The notes beneath the pieces are model-generated. The model had not been told where the DNA came from. It ran no database searches and was given only the letters and a program-made list of their open reading frames with translations. From positions 1-64,000 of the forward strand of contig CAVXEP010000015.1 in NCBI GenBank assembly GCA_963760795.1: a stretch of 64,000 nucleotides of DNA. The letters run 5' to 3'. Shown piece after piece: positions 21,970 through 32,596 of this stretch. Source of the DNA: an uncultured delta proteobacterium. Its GTDB lineage: Bacteria; Desulfobacterota; Binatia; UBA9968. Position 1 is the stretch's first letter; each line of letters begins with the position of its first letter. Position numbers and translations under genes: made by a program.

Positions 21970-22908
21970 CTACCCCTGCAAAATCCCGTCGACCTCTTTC
22001 AACTCCGCGGCCGTCAGATGCCAGTCCGCCGCTTTCACATTGCTCGTCACCTGATCGAAGCGCTTGGCGCCGGTGATCACCGAACATACGCTCGGCTGCG
22101 CCAACAGCCATGCCTGGGCTAACTCATTGACGCCGCGGCCATGATCCTCAGCCCATGCGCTCAACTTGTTCACTAGTTTAAAGTTGCGCTCGACCATGAG
22201 GTTTTGCACGAGTTTGACCGACTCGCCGCGCGAGCCCGGCGGCGGCGGTTTGCCCATCTCGTACTTGCCGGTGAGAAAACCGCCCGCCAGCGGATAGTAA
22301 GGCACAAAGCCAACGTCATGCGCCCGGCAGTACGGCAAGACTTCGCGCTCGACGCCGCGATTGAGCATGTTGTACTCCGACTGCAAGACGACGAAGCGGG
22401 TCCAGCCTCTGAGCTCCGCCATCACGTTAGCGTGGGCCAACTGCCAGGACGCATATAAGGATGAGCCGATGTAATTGACTTTACCCATGCGCACGAGATC
22501 GTCGAGACCGCGTAGCGTCTCTTCGATGGGCGTGGTGTCGTCCCAGCGGTGGCAATAAAAAAGATCGATATGATCGCTCTGCAAGCGGCGCAAGCTCTGC
22601 TCCACCGCCTGCATCATATGATAGCGCGACGCGCCCCAGCTATTGGCGCTGGTTTTTCTAGGAAAATTGAACTTGGTCGCGACGACGAATTTATCCATAC
22701 GCCCTTTGAGCGCGTGGCCCAGGGTCGTCTCCGATGCGCCGTCATTGTAGACGTTGGCGGTGTCGAGGAAATTGACGCCGGTCTCGACGGCGGCATCGAT
22801 CACCTTATTGACCTCGGCCTGTGGCATATCCGGCGAACCGAAGCGGTTGGTGCCCAGTCCGACGACCGAAACACGAACACCCGAATTGCCCATTTGGCGA
22901 TACTCCAT
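21970..22908 (-). CDS. Aldo/keto reductase
   Basis: FLDTANVY, SLRRLQSDHIDLFYCH, YYPLAGGFLTGKY. Confidence 0.95.
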   Translation of the reverse strand: MEYRQMGNSGVRVSVVGLGTNRFGSPDMPQAEVNKVIDAAVETGVNFLDTANVYNDGASETTLGHALKGRMDKFVVATKFNFPRKTSANSWGASRYHMMQAVEQSLRRLQSDHIDLFYCHRWDDTTPIEETLRGLDDLVRMGKVNYIGSSLYASWQLAHANVMAELRGWTRFVVLQSEYNMLNRGVEREVLPYCRAHDVGFVPYYPLAGGFLTGKYEMGKPPPPGSRGESVKLVQNLMVERNFKLVNKLSAWAEDHGRGVNELAQAWLLAQPSVCSVITGAKRFDQVTSNVKAADWHLTAAELKEVDGILQG

Positions 22909-23113
22909 GAAAACTCCCAGTGATTTTTTGCTTGAAGGTTCCGAAACGAATAAATTCGGAAAAAAATTGTCAAACTCTCGCGACTTCTAACATTCACCCA
23001 GTGCCGGGTCAAATCGCACATCGAATGGAACGGCATCGCTACTTCAGCTAAAGGTATCTCCATGGCTCACGCTCGAAACTCGTAACGCGAAACCCGACAA
23101 CCACCCGATCGCC

Positions 23114-23986
23114 ATGGACTTCGCCGCCCAGCTCATCGCCCTCGCTTCCACCGCCGTCTACGCCGCCGGCAATCTCTACGCCCGCGTCGGCCTGGCGCAT
23201 TCCACACCGTTGGTCGTGACATTGATCTCGTTAATCGTGCAAACGGTAGTCGCCTGGTCGATACTCATGGCGCGCGGCAGCATGCCCGGCGCCGATCCGC
23301 GCGCGCTGGCGGTCTTCATCGCCGTCGGCGTCGCTTTGCCGTTTGTGCGCTGGTTGAGCTACACCGGCATCGCCCGCATCGGTTCAGCGCGCTCGTCATC
23401 GCTGCGCTCGACCCATCCTTTCTTCAGCGCCGCCTTGGCCATCGCTTTCTTGGACGAACCGGCGCGGCACAACATCATGCTCGGCACCTTGCTCATCGTC
23501 GCCGGGATTTTTATTACCTGTTGGGATTCGCAAGATGCGCGAAGCGACGCCAAACCGCTGGACGCGCTATTTCCGCTATCGGCGGCGTTTTTTTCCGGCA
23601 TCATCCATCCGTTCACGCGCTATGCGCTCACCATCACCAACGAACCGTTGCTCTATGCCGCTGTGGTTGGCCTATCGTCGTTGCTCGCTCTCGGCGGCTA
23701 TCTGCTGATCACCGGTCGCGGCAAGCGCATGGTCTGGCCAGATCGCCGCGCCCTGCGGTCATTTATTTCGGCAAGTTTATTCGAGACCGTCGGCTTTCTC
23801 CTCTTTAGCGCCGCCGTCAGCCTCGGCCCAGTGGTGCTAATCGCACCGATCATGGCGACCACACCCATGTGGGTGCTGATCGGTTCGATCCTACTATTGC
23901 GTGATCTGGAAAAAGTTACCCTGCGCACCGCCATCGGCAGCTGCGCCGTCGTCGCCGGCACGATCCTATTGACGTTGAACAGATAA
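23114..23986 (+). CDS. DMT/EamA family transporter
   Basis: About 10 TM helices arranged as two EamA repeats. Confidence 0.9.
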   Translation: MDFAAQLIALASTAVYAAGNLYARVGLAHSTPLVVTLISLIVQTVVAWSILMARGSMPGADPRALAVFIAVGVALPFVRWLSYTGIARIGSARSSSLRSTHPFFSAALAIAFLDEPARHNIMLGTLLIVAGIFITCWDSQDARSDAKPLDALFPLSAAFFSGIIHPFTRYALTITNEPLLYAAVVGLSSLLALGGYLLITGRGKRMVWPDRRALRSFISASLFETVGFLLFSAAVSLGPVVLIAPIMATTPMWVLIGSILLLRDLEKVTLRTAIGSCAVVAGTILLTLNR

Positions 23987-23996
23987 GGGAAAGAAT

Positions 23997-24362
23997 TTAA
24001 CGGCGAACACGCGAACGGGATGCTAATCGCACCACGCCGCGCGCTACGGCGCCGGAGGGATCGCAGCCGCAGTTCCAACATTCGGAGAACTGCCCTTCGA
24101 TATTTTCAGCGCAGTTTTTGCAAACCCAAACCTTCTTGACCGACGCCAGGGGCGCCAAAGTTTTCTTAAGAATCGCTTTGGCCTTTACGACTTTCTCATC
24201 CTCCACCACCCAAAGCTCCGGCCAGCACTCGGTGGGCGGTAGTTGTCCCGCGGCGCTGATCAGGTCCATTTTTTTCATTACGCACTTGATGCCGAACGTC
24301 GCCAGGACATTCTTCAAGTGGCTGACCATCAAGGGGTCCATGGCCGAGTGGATGCGTTTCAT
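23997..24362 (-). CDS. DUF2007-like protein with a C-terminal zinc ribbon
   Basis: HLKNVL..GI, GQLPPTECWPELWV, WVCKNC...FSECWNC. Confidence 0.85.
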   Translation of the reverse strand: MKRIHSAMDPLMVSHLKNVLATFGIKCVMKKMDLISAAGQLPPTECWPELWVVEDEKVVKAKAILKKTLAPLASVKKVWVCKNCAENIEGQFSECWNCGCDPSGAVARGVVRLASRSRVRR

Positions 24363-24378
24363 GGCAAACGGGAAAGGT

Positions 24379-24723
24379 TCAGTGAGCGCGCTTCAGCACA
24401 CCCTCGTTGAGCTTCAAGCGCTCGCCGAGCCAGAGTGACCGCTCCAGGTGATCGCCATAGCCATCGCCGGTGGAGGGATGGACCAACACCGACAGCCCTT
24501 CGCGGTTGAGCATCAACCAGGGCACGACCTTGGCAAACTCTTCGTTGGTAAACACCGCTTGATACATGGCATCGAGATGCGGCCCCACCGGTTCGTCATG
24601 CCAGCTACCGAGCTGGACGTTGAAGTGCGCCAGTCCGGCACGCACCTTCTCCGCCGCGGCCCGAGTCCGCTTAGGATCGTAGTAAATATGAGCATGATAG
24701 CCTTTGATCGTTCGCTCGCTCAT
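24379..24723 (-). CDS. DOPA 4,5-dioxygenase family protein
   Basis: YHAHIYY, PVGPH, WLMLNREGLSVLVHP..G...DH...WLG. Confidence 0.93.
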   Translation of the reverse strand: MSERTIKGYHAHIYYDPKRTRAAAEKVRAGLAHFNVQLGSWHDEPVGPHLDAMYQAVFTNEEFAKVVPWLMLNREGLSVLVHPSTGDGYGDHLERSLWLGERLKLNEGVLKRAH

Positions 24724-24880
24724 GGCACACCTCCGCGTAATGATAATGAGTTTCTATCAAATACGCTGGACAGATTCCAAAGGATCGGAAGCGATGATGA
24801 ATAATCGATGGAAAAATTACCCGGAAGCTCCCGGCGGGCGCCAGGAATGTGACGGAACGGATTACAAAATTGGCGAGGAG

Positions 24881-25075
24881 CTATGCTTTAGAAGATTCCG
24901 GCGTAATTTCGTCCGGGAACAAGTACTCTTCGCCGGCCGGACCGAAATTGACCAGAATCAACTGCCGTCCCATATTCTCGACGGCCCGAACAAAGGTCCC
25001 GTCCCGCGGTAAGATCGTCCCGGTCTTCTGCGAGCGGATGGGTTTGTTGGTTCTTAGTGGATCTCCAGGGCTCAT
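24881..25075 (-). CDS. Small hypothetical protein (64 aa)
   Basis: Purine-rich RBS GGGAGGGAG before ATG; beta-rich, protein-like sequence. Confidence 0.6.
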   Translation of the reverse strand: MSPGDPLRTNKPIRSQKTGTILPRDGTFVRAVENMGRQLILVNFGPAGEEYLFPDEITPESSKA

Positions 25076-25469
25076 GGCTTCTCCCTCCCGGTGCGGATTA
25101 GCTCAGTTTGCTTCCTAGAATGTTTGTCGGTTGTCTATCGAGTTCTCCTAATCCAGATGCCGGACTTTCTATTTATTAGACGCATGTCCCAGCAAAAGTA
25201 ATGCAAGGTAAATACCAGGACGTTGTGATGTGCGAGGGTATGGCTTAGCGGATTCAATAATTTGGTATATAACCACAAAACTTACCGAAATTAAAGATAT
25301 TTTTCGTTAGGACCCTTCCCTTCGGCAAAACTTCCAGCGGCCGCCAGCGATTCATCCCATGCTTTTAATTGCCGATGAAATGGGCAGCAATGGCACATTC
25401 GTCGTCAAAGGCGGTCAGTTTTGCCAAATCCGTCATAAATTTTGCACGACAATGGCTATTTCATATTAC

Positions 25470-25584
25470 TTACTTGCCCCATACACCCGGTCGAAAAACT
25501 TCTCGTCGTCCAGTCGCTTTAGGCAGCTCGCATCGACGATCTATTCGGCTTTGATGGCGGCGGCTTGGGGTTTTGTTCGGCGAC
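25470..25584 (-). repeat. Decayed direct repeat of the 3' end of the 26101-27105 gene
   Basis: Near-identical to 26101-26217, with small indels and a nonsense change. Confidence 0.9.
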
Positions 25585-25641
25585 GCAATTCATGAGGGTC
25601 AGATTGCCGTCCCGAGAGTCTCACTTGCCGTTGGATCAGCG

Positions 25642-26043
25642 TTAGATGGAATCAACACGTTTCGAACCGAACCTCACCAAGGAGGTAGTGGCAACCAATA
25701 GCATGCCTACGATAACTAACACTGCCGCCGATTTAGGGTGGTGGTCTGCTACGCGAGTCACCACTGCGACAAATCCTAGTCCCTTCGTTGCCGCAAACGA
25801 CTCGGCAAATAACATCCCAATGAAAGCAATTGGTAATACTTCGGAGACAGCGATGAGAACCCGACGAAGCCAGCCTCAAAAAAATAATCCGACGGCTCGA
25901 TAGAGCCCCGGATCACTGAAGCCGCGAATTACACCTGGGACTAGGTCTGAAACCAGAATGGTCAAACTTGTCGCTATCGTCGCAAGAATCAACCAAGGAC
26001 CGAGCTTGTCAAACTCGATTTTTGCCAGTTGCTCAGGCGCCAT
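25642..26043 (-). pseudogene. Remnant resembling the C-terminal half of a NitT/TauT (SsuC-like) ABC permease, with an in-frame TGA
   Basis: ATG 26043; TGA at 25876-25878; reads on as LPIAFIGMLFAESFAATKGLGFV to TAA 25642. Confidence 0.5.
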
Positions 26044-26100
26044 AATTTATCGCAAATCGAGGAATCTGATTATCTCGTAGGTTACCCATTAGGTTTGAGG

Positions 26101-27105
26101 TCACTTCCCTCCATACACCCGGTCGAAAAACTTCTCGTCGTCCAGTCGTTTTAGCCAGCTAGCATCGACGATCTCTTCGGCTTTGATGGCGGCGGCTTTG
26201 GGGTTTTGTTCGGCGACATATTTGATGACGATCTTGAACCCGTCCAGCGTTGGGTAAGGTTTGCGGTCAAGCTCTTCCTGGGCTTCGAGGTAGAAATCTT
26301 CGGCGGCTTCGACGTTTTTCAATCGTAGGTTCTTCGCGACGACTTCCTTCACCGACTGTTTATTCTCTTTCTTGAAAATATAGCCGTAGGCCTCAATCGT
26401 CGCGCGGGTAAAACCGTCGACGACCTTCGGGTTGGCGGCAGCATAGTCTTTTTTCACCGTGAGGCCGGTGTTCTGATAGTGCAGCTTTGAGCCGTGCATG
26501 TTGAGCAGGTTGGGAAAACCTTTGGCGGTCATCACCTTGGTCGCCACCCGTTGCAGCATGCCGGCATCGATGGCTTTGTTCTCCAGCGCCACCATGCGGT
26601 CGGGATCGACGCCGGTTTGAATCAACGTGATCTTGTCACGCTTCAGATCGAGGCCCAAGTGTTCGAGGGCGATCAGCGCTGAGATATGCGACGAGCCGCC
26701 GAAACGCGCGGTGCCGATTTTCTTGCCCTTCAAATCTTCCGCCCGGCGAATAGCCGGCTGAGTAACCACGGAAAACGGCGAAGTGTTGCTCAGCCCCAGA
26801 AAGAAACTCATCTTCTCGCCGGTGGCGGCGAGGCTGACCAACGACGCCGGCGCGTTGGCGGTGATCTGAATCTCCCCGGCTTGAAACATTTGCGCCACCA
26901 GCGAACCGCTATTAACCAAGATCAACTGCACATCGAGACCATATTTCTCGTAGAGTCGCTTGTCCTTGGCGACGAACAACGGCGCCATATGCGGCGTCGG
27001 CGTCGACAGCGCCACACGCACCTGCTGGAGCTTCTGCGCTTCTACTGGTGAATGAGTAAATAGAGCTGCGAGCAAAAATACCAGAATAGTGACGATCAGG
27101 TTCAA
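26101..27105 (-). CDS. ABC transporter substrate-binding protein (NMT1/SsuA-like)
   Basis: GGAGG RBS with TTG start at 27105, signal peptide, EDLKGKKIG motif. Confidence 0.92.
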   Translation of the reverse strand: MNLIVTILVFLLAALFTHSPVEAQKLQQVRVALSTPTPHMAPLFVAKDKRLYEKYGLDVQLILVNSGSLVAQMFQAGEIQITANAPASLVSLAATGEKMSFFLGLSNTSPFSVVTQPAIRRAEDLKGKKIGTARFGGSSHISALIALEHLGLDLKRDKITLIQTGVDPDRMVALENKAIDAGMLQRVATKVMTAKGFPNLLNMHGSKLHYQNTGLTVKKDYAAANPKVVDGFTRATIEAYGYIFKKENKQSVKEVVAKNLRLKNVEAAEDFYLEAQEELDRKPYPTLDGFKIVIKYVAEQNPKAAAIKAEEIVDASWLKRLDDEKFFDRVYGGK

Positions 27106-27172
27106 GTGAAATCCTCCATTTTGTTCGGCGACGCTTGACGTTAAGTGTAACGGGGGCCGCGCACGCAAGCAA

Positions 27173-30100
27173 TCAGGTATTTGATGGGTTTAGAGAAGCG
27201 GTCCGCCGCCACGGCCAACTGCGCAGCACCAGGTCGGCGAGAAACAGCAGCAGCCCGGCGCTCGCCAACGGCCACCAGGTCTCGTGCCCCTGGGAACTTT
27301 TCCCCGGCGTCGGCGTGTAAAGACGCTTTAGGCCATCGTGAAACTTTTCCGCGTCGAGCATCTCGCCGCCGGTTTCCTCGGCGAGGCGGCTGAGCAGCGC
27401 CATGTTGGGCTTCAGCTCGCGGTACTCTTTGGGATAGGGCGCGATGTACGGCACGGTGGCCACCGGCAACGGCGCCGCGCCGGCTTTGCCCTCGGCGTAA
27501 AGCGTGACGAAATGGATGCCCCGCTGCGCCGCTGTAAACTTGCCCTCGTAGCGTCCAGGCGCGCTTTGCTGCAGCGGCTGCTCCCGGCTCGTTTGATTGG
27601 GCGCGGCGATGGTCGCCTTGAGTTTTAGATGATTCAAAAACTTGCCGTCTTGGCCAAGTAAATCGCCGACCACCTTGATCGCGTCGCCGTCGCTGTGAAA
27701 ATCGACGCGCATTTTGCCGTCGAGAACTTTCCGCATGGTGTCGCGGCCGACCTGACTGGCCCACTGGGGAAAAGCGCTCCAGCCGACCCAATCTTTGCCC
27801 CAGCGCCCGCTCAAGTCGGAGGTGAACGCCATCACCCGGCCGAGACCGTAACGCCAGGACACCAAAAGCGGGTCCTTGTCGACGCGCATGAGCAGCTCGG
27901 CGCGCGGCTTGGGGTAGGTGAGCACGTAGCCGCGCAGCGCCGGCAAATTATTTTGCGGAATGCCTTTGAGCGCGCCGGTGGCGGCGACGATGGTCGGCGC
28001 CGCCGATTTTTCAATTAACAGATCGCGCGAGATCAACAGTGTCTCGGTGGTAAAGATCTGCGGGATGGTCTGCGGATCGAGGGCGACATAGCCGCGCCCC
28101 TTGCCCTCTTTGGCGATCTCCGCCATCAGCTTCACGTCGGCGTCGCTGCCGATGGACACCGTCGAAACAGTAATGCCGTCGCGCGCCATCTTGGCCACCA
28201 GCGCTTGAAAGTCCGCCTTGTCGGTGAGACCGTCGGAGAGCGCGATCACATGTTTGATCGACGCCGTCTTGCCGGCGATGCCGCGATGGGCTTCGACCAT
28301 CGCTTTGTACATGTCGGTGCCGCCGTCAGATTGCAGATTGGCCAGCTTCTCGGTGATCCACTCGCCTTTACCCACTTGGCGAAACGGCAGCGCCCAATCC
28401 CAATTGGCGTCGAAGGCGAGGATGCCCACTTGATCCGTCGGGTTCATGATATCGGCGGCGGCGATGGCGGCGGCCTTGGCGAGATCGAGCTTGGTGCTGC
28501 CTTCGCCGCCGGAGCCCATGCTGCCGGATTTATCGATGACAAACAGCAGCGCGACATGAGGCATTTCCAATTTCGCCGGCGGCCGCATGTCGACCGGTAA
28601 GATGCGCTCCAGCGGCGTGCGGTAGTAACCGCCGGCGCCATAGCTCTGCGAGCCGCCGACGACCATTAATCCGCCGCCAAAGTCGCGCACGTATTTTTCG
28701 ATATTCTCCATTTTCGCATGGGTCAGTTGAAATGCCGGCACGTTGTCGAGGACCAATAAATCGAAAGCAGCGAGCTCCGCAAGCGAAAGGGAATGGGCCT
28801 CGGGCGCTGCCTCCACCACGGCATAGCCTTGTACTTGCAAGACTCGAGAAAGAACCCGCTGGCTGTCTTTCTGCGCCGACAGCAACAGCACCCGCGGCGG
28901 CCCTTTCACTTCGACGACGCCTTGGAGCAGATTGTTTTCCGCCAGCGTGTCGTCCGCCGACTCGACCAAGAGCTCGTAACGGTGATTACCGCGCTCGCTG
29001 AGGGTATCGCGGAAGGAAACGTTATTGCTGCCGGCGCTCAAACGCAGCTCCCGCTCGGCGGAAAGCACGCCGTCGCGCAGCAAGCGCAGCCGCGCCGGCG
29101 CTTCGCGCAGGCTCTCAATCGCGCCGCGAATCTCGAAGCTCTCGGCGCTGTCCACTTGGCGCGGCAAAGTCAGATCGGCCAAATAAATCTCATTGCGGCC
29201 GCGCGACAAGCCCACCGGCAGCGTCCACACCTGCACGCCTTGGCTGCGCAAGAGCGGCAGCACCCGCGCGGTCTCGCCGCGGTTCTCGTTGCCGTCGGAA
29301 AAGAGCAATATTCTCCCCTGCCGGCCTTCGCCGATCTGCGCCGCCGCGCCTTGCAGGGCGGCTTGGATATCGCTTTGCTCGCGGTCCTGGTGGGTCGAGA
29401 ACTCCGCCGGTGGAACCACCTCGCGCGGCGGAAACTCCCACTCCGGTGCGCCGCCAAAAGTCATCAGCCCGGTGCGCGTCGCGGTGGTTTTCAGGCCGGC
29501 GGCAAACTCCAGAACCGCGCGCGCCTTTTCCTGTCCCTCTTGACCCACGCTGCGCGACAGATCGACGCCGAAAACCACATCCAAGAGCCGCGGTCGGCTG
29601 AAACCAGCGCGGATTGACCAATGCCACCGCGAGCGCCGCCAACGCTCCGGCGCGAAGCAGCATCGGATACATCGACAGCCCCTGGCGATAAGCCAAGAGA
29701 ATTTCCGCGCCGAGCAGAAGCACAACGGCGCCAAGCAGCATCGGCCACAAAGACCAGCCGCGCTCAACCCGCGCCGCTGTGTCGGTTTTTGCCGCCGATG
29801 TACTGGGGTTCAATCGGGAGACAATCTGCGATTCCGCTTCGTCGAGTAGATTCACGGCGAACTGGCCTTCGCGCTGGCGGTCTTTGAAATGCATAGAAAC
29901 CGGCCTCGAGGGTATCGGCGAAGACCAACGAACCGCCGCTCGCCAGCATTTCTTTTTTGCCGCTCGGCGTGGTGATTTCCACCGCGGCGTCAGTTTGCGC
30001 CGCACCGATCTTGAACGGCGCGCCCGCTCGCACGCTTTGCCCTGGAAACTCCAATCGCTGGGGCTGAAACCACTCAAAGATATTGTGAAACATGACTGGA

Positions 30101-31527
30101 AACGCCACGCGCAACGGCAGATCGGACTGGAGCAAGTCAAAGCCAAGATAGACTAGCCGCAGCTTGGCAGTTTCCAATGCGTAGAGCAGCGGCCCTTGCG
30201 CTATGCGTGCCAGCGCGACACCGGTACCATTTTCACGCAACGGCGCGGCTTCGCGCACTTGCAGGTCGGCCAAGTTGAGTCCATCGGTGAGCGGGTGCTT
30301 AGCCAGCGGCACGAGTAGTCGTGGATTGACCACTGCTGCTTGCCGCACCAGCGGCGACTTCACCGGCAGGGTATCGATGAAAATAAAGTTCCCTTGGGTT
30401 AGCGCCGGCGGCGCGACGCGATCGCAAATCACCACGTCGAACTTACTCTGCATCTGCGCCGCGCCATCATCCCAGCGCGGCAGCGTAGTCAGCTCAATGT
30501 TAGCGAAGAAACGAAATAGGTTATTCAAATAGGGATTGCCGGGGCCGACGTAAAGCACGCGCAACGGCGGCATCTCCGCCACTGCCAGATAAGCGCGGTT
30601 GTCGGTGGCGAAATCGTCGGCGAAATCGAGTTGCGCCACCAATCTTCCCGCCAGTGCGCCGTCGAAGGGATAAATCAGCACGCGCCGGTCGTCTGCGCCG
30701 ATGTCGATCTCGGCGCGCAAGATTTGCCGTTCGCCAAGGGACAGCGCCAGCGGCACGCGCACCGCTTTGGCCGTATAGTTGCGCACATGGATCAGGATCT
30801 CCGCCGGCGCCCCGCGCTCGGGTTGGCGGCGCACTTCGAAGCCCACAATGCCCACATTGCCGACATTTTCGCCGCCACCGGTAACTTTGACAAAACGCAG
30901 ATGGGGCGCCGCGGCGGCGAATTCCTCGGCGCCAGCGAAGGCACCATCGCTGATCACCGTCACATGGTCGGCGCTGCCACGCTTGAGAAATCCATGAGCG
31001 AACAGAATCGCTTCCTTGATTTTCCCTGGACCATCCGTGGCCGACAATGTCCGCGCCAGCTCGCGCAGCCGCGGCTTGTCGGCGGTAAACGGCGCCATCA
31101 GGCGCGGCTCGACGCCGGCGCCGATGACGAGCATTTTTTGTTCGGATGAGAGTCTATTGATCAGTGAACTGAATTCCTGACGCAGGCCATCGATGCGGCT
31201 GCCGCTTTTGCCCTTGGCCTTCATGCTCGCGCTTAAATCGAGCACGACGACCATGTCGCCCGAGCGCTGGCCGATGTGCAGCAGCGACGGATCGGCGAGG
31301 GCGACAATGAGCGCCAGGGCGGCAAGCAATTGGAGGATGAGCAGAAGGTTTTTGCGTAGCAGCCAACCCAAGCGCGTGCCCAGCGGCCGCTCGCGCAGCA
31401 CCCGCTGCCAAATGAACATCGTCGTGGTGGCGATCTTCAGGCCGCGCGGTTTCAAGCTATGCAAAAACAGGATCAGCGGGATCGCCCCGGCGAGTAACAA
31501 CAGAGCGGTTGGCAATCCCCAAAGCAT
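27173..31527 (-). CDS. Large membrane-anchored BatA-VWA / VWA-GATase-like-VWA protein; probably one fused gene with two frameshifts
   Basis: BatA-type N-terminus; MIDAS motifs DLSASM, DLSRSV and DKSGSM; GGGLMVVGGSQSYGAGGY; the bridging frame 29190-30146 links the two halves with no stop. Confidence 0.8.
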
Positions 31528-31530
31528 AGG

Positions 31531-32596
31531 TCAGGCCACGCTGCTCACCCGGCGCAGCGTCTGGAGCACGAAATCGTCGAAGGGCACTTGAGTGGTCGTG
31601 CGCAGATAGTCGATCTTGCGGCTAGCACAGATGGTTTCGATTTCTTTAAAATAATCCGCCAGCTCCTGTTCGAAGCGGCGCACCAAATCGGCGTCGAGAA
31701 AGAACTTGCGCTCGCTGCCGGCCTCAACGTCGACCAGCGCGACATCGCCCCAGGCTTTAGGTTTCAACTCGGCTGCGTCGACGATGTGCACCAGCAAAAC
31801 TTGATAGTTCTTGCCGGAGAGCTCCTCGAGCGCGGCGCGCCAGCCGCTGGGATCGAACAGATCGCTGACGACAATGACCAAGCCGGCGTGGGGGAATAGC
31901 TTGGTAAAGGAATGAATCGCGCCGCGCAGATTGGTTTCTCCCGTGCAGGACAGCTGGGCAATAAAATTAAACAAGCTGAGGATCTGCTTGCGCCCTCGCC
32001 CCAAGGTCAGCGGCTTGTGCAAGATAGACGAGAACGCCGCACCGCCGACTCGGTCAAGATTTTTCAGACCGATATAGCCCAACGCCGCCGCGACTTTCCT
32101 GGCGTAGTCGAGCTTCGCCGGGCTGCCTTCGGCCATGGAGCGGCTGGTGTCGACCAGCAGATAAATATTCATCTCCTCCTCGGCGGTGAAGACTTTTAAC
32201 AGCAAGCGATCCAGACGCCGGTAAATATTCCAATCGATGTAACGCAAATCGTCGCCGCGCTGGTAGCGCCGGTAATCGGAAAACTCCAGGCTAAAGCCTT
32301 TGCGCGACACCGCATGCTCGCCCTTCGCCCCTGCCCAGCTCAACCGCTTGGCGATCAGGTGGAGCCGTTCGAGCCGGCGTAGGAAATCGCGTGTCGAAGA
32401 AAGTTTCGGGTTTTAAGTTTCGGGAATCGGGTTTGGCTGCACTCCAATCGGGAATCTGCTCTGCATGCGTGTCATTTCGAGCGAAGCGAGAAATCTTCGT
32501 CCTGGCCATCACAGCGAGCTTCAACATCGCTGCGCTAACCCGCCGCCGTTCTGATTCGAAACTAGCAACCCGAAACTCGAAACTCATATCTGTCAC
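31531..32596 (-). CDS. DUF58 domain protein (start uncertain, frameshift near 32390)
   Basis: EFSDYRRYQRGDDLRYIDWN, DTSRSM; directly downstream of moxR. Confidence 0.9.
32470..32497. repeat. REP-like palindromic unit
   Basis: TGTCATTTCGAGCGAAGCGAGAAATCTT. Confidence 0.5.

Noticed and set aside
25876-25878. Selenocysteine or alternative-code TGA
   Set aside because: TGA ends many genes in this window, and I see no SECIS-like hairpin or redox motif.
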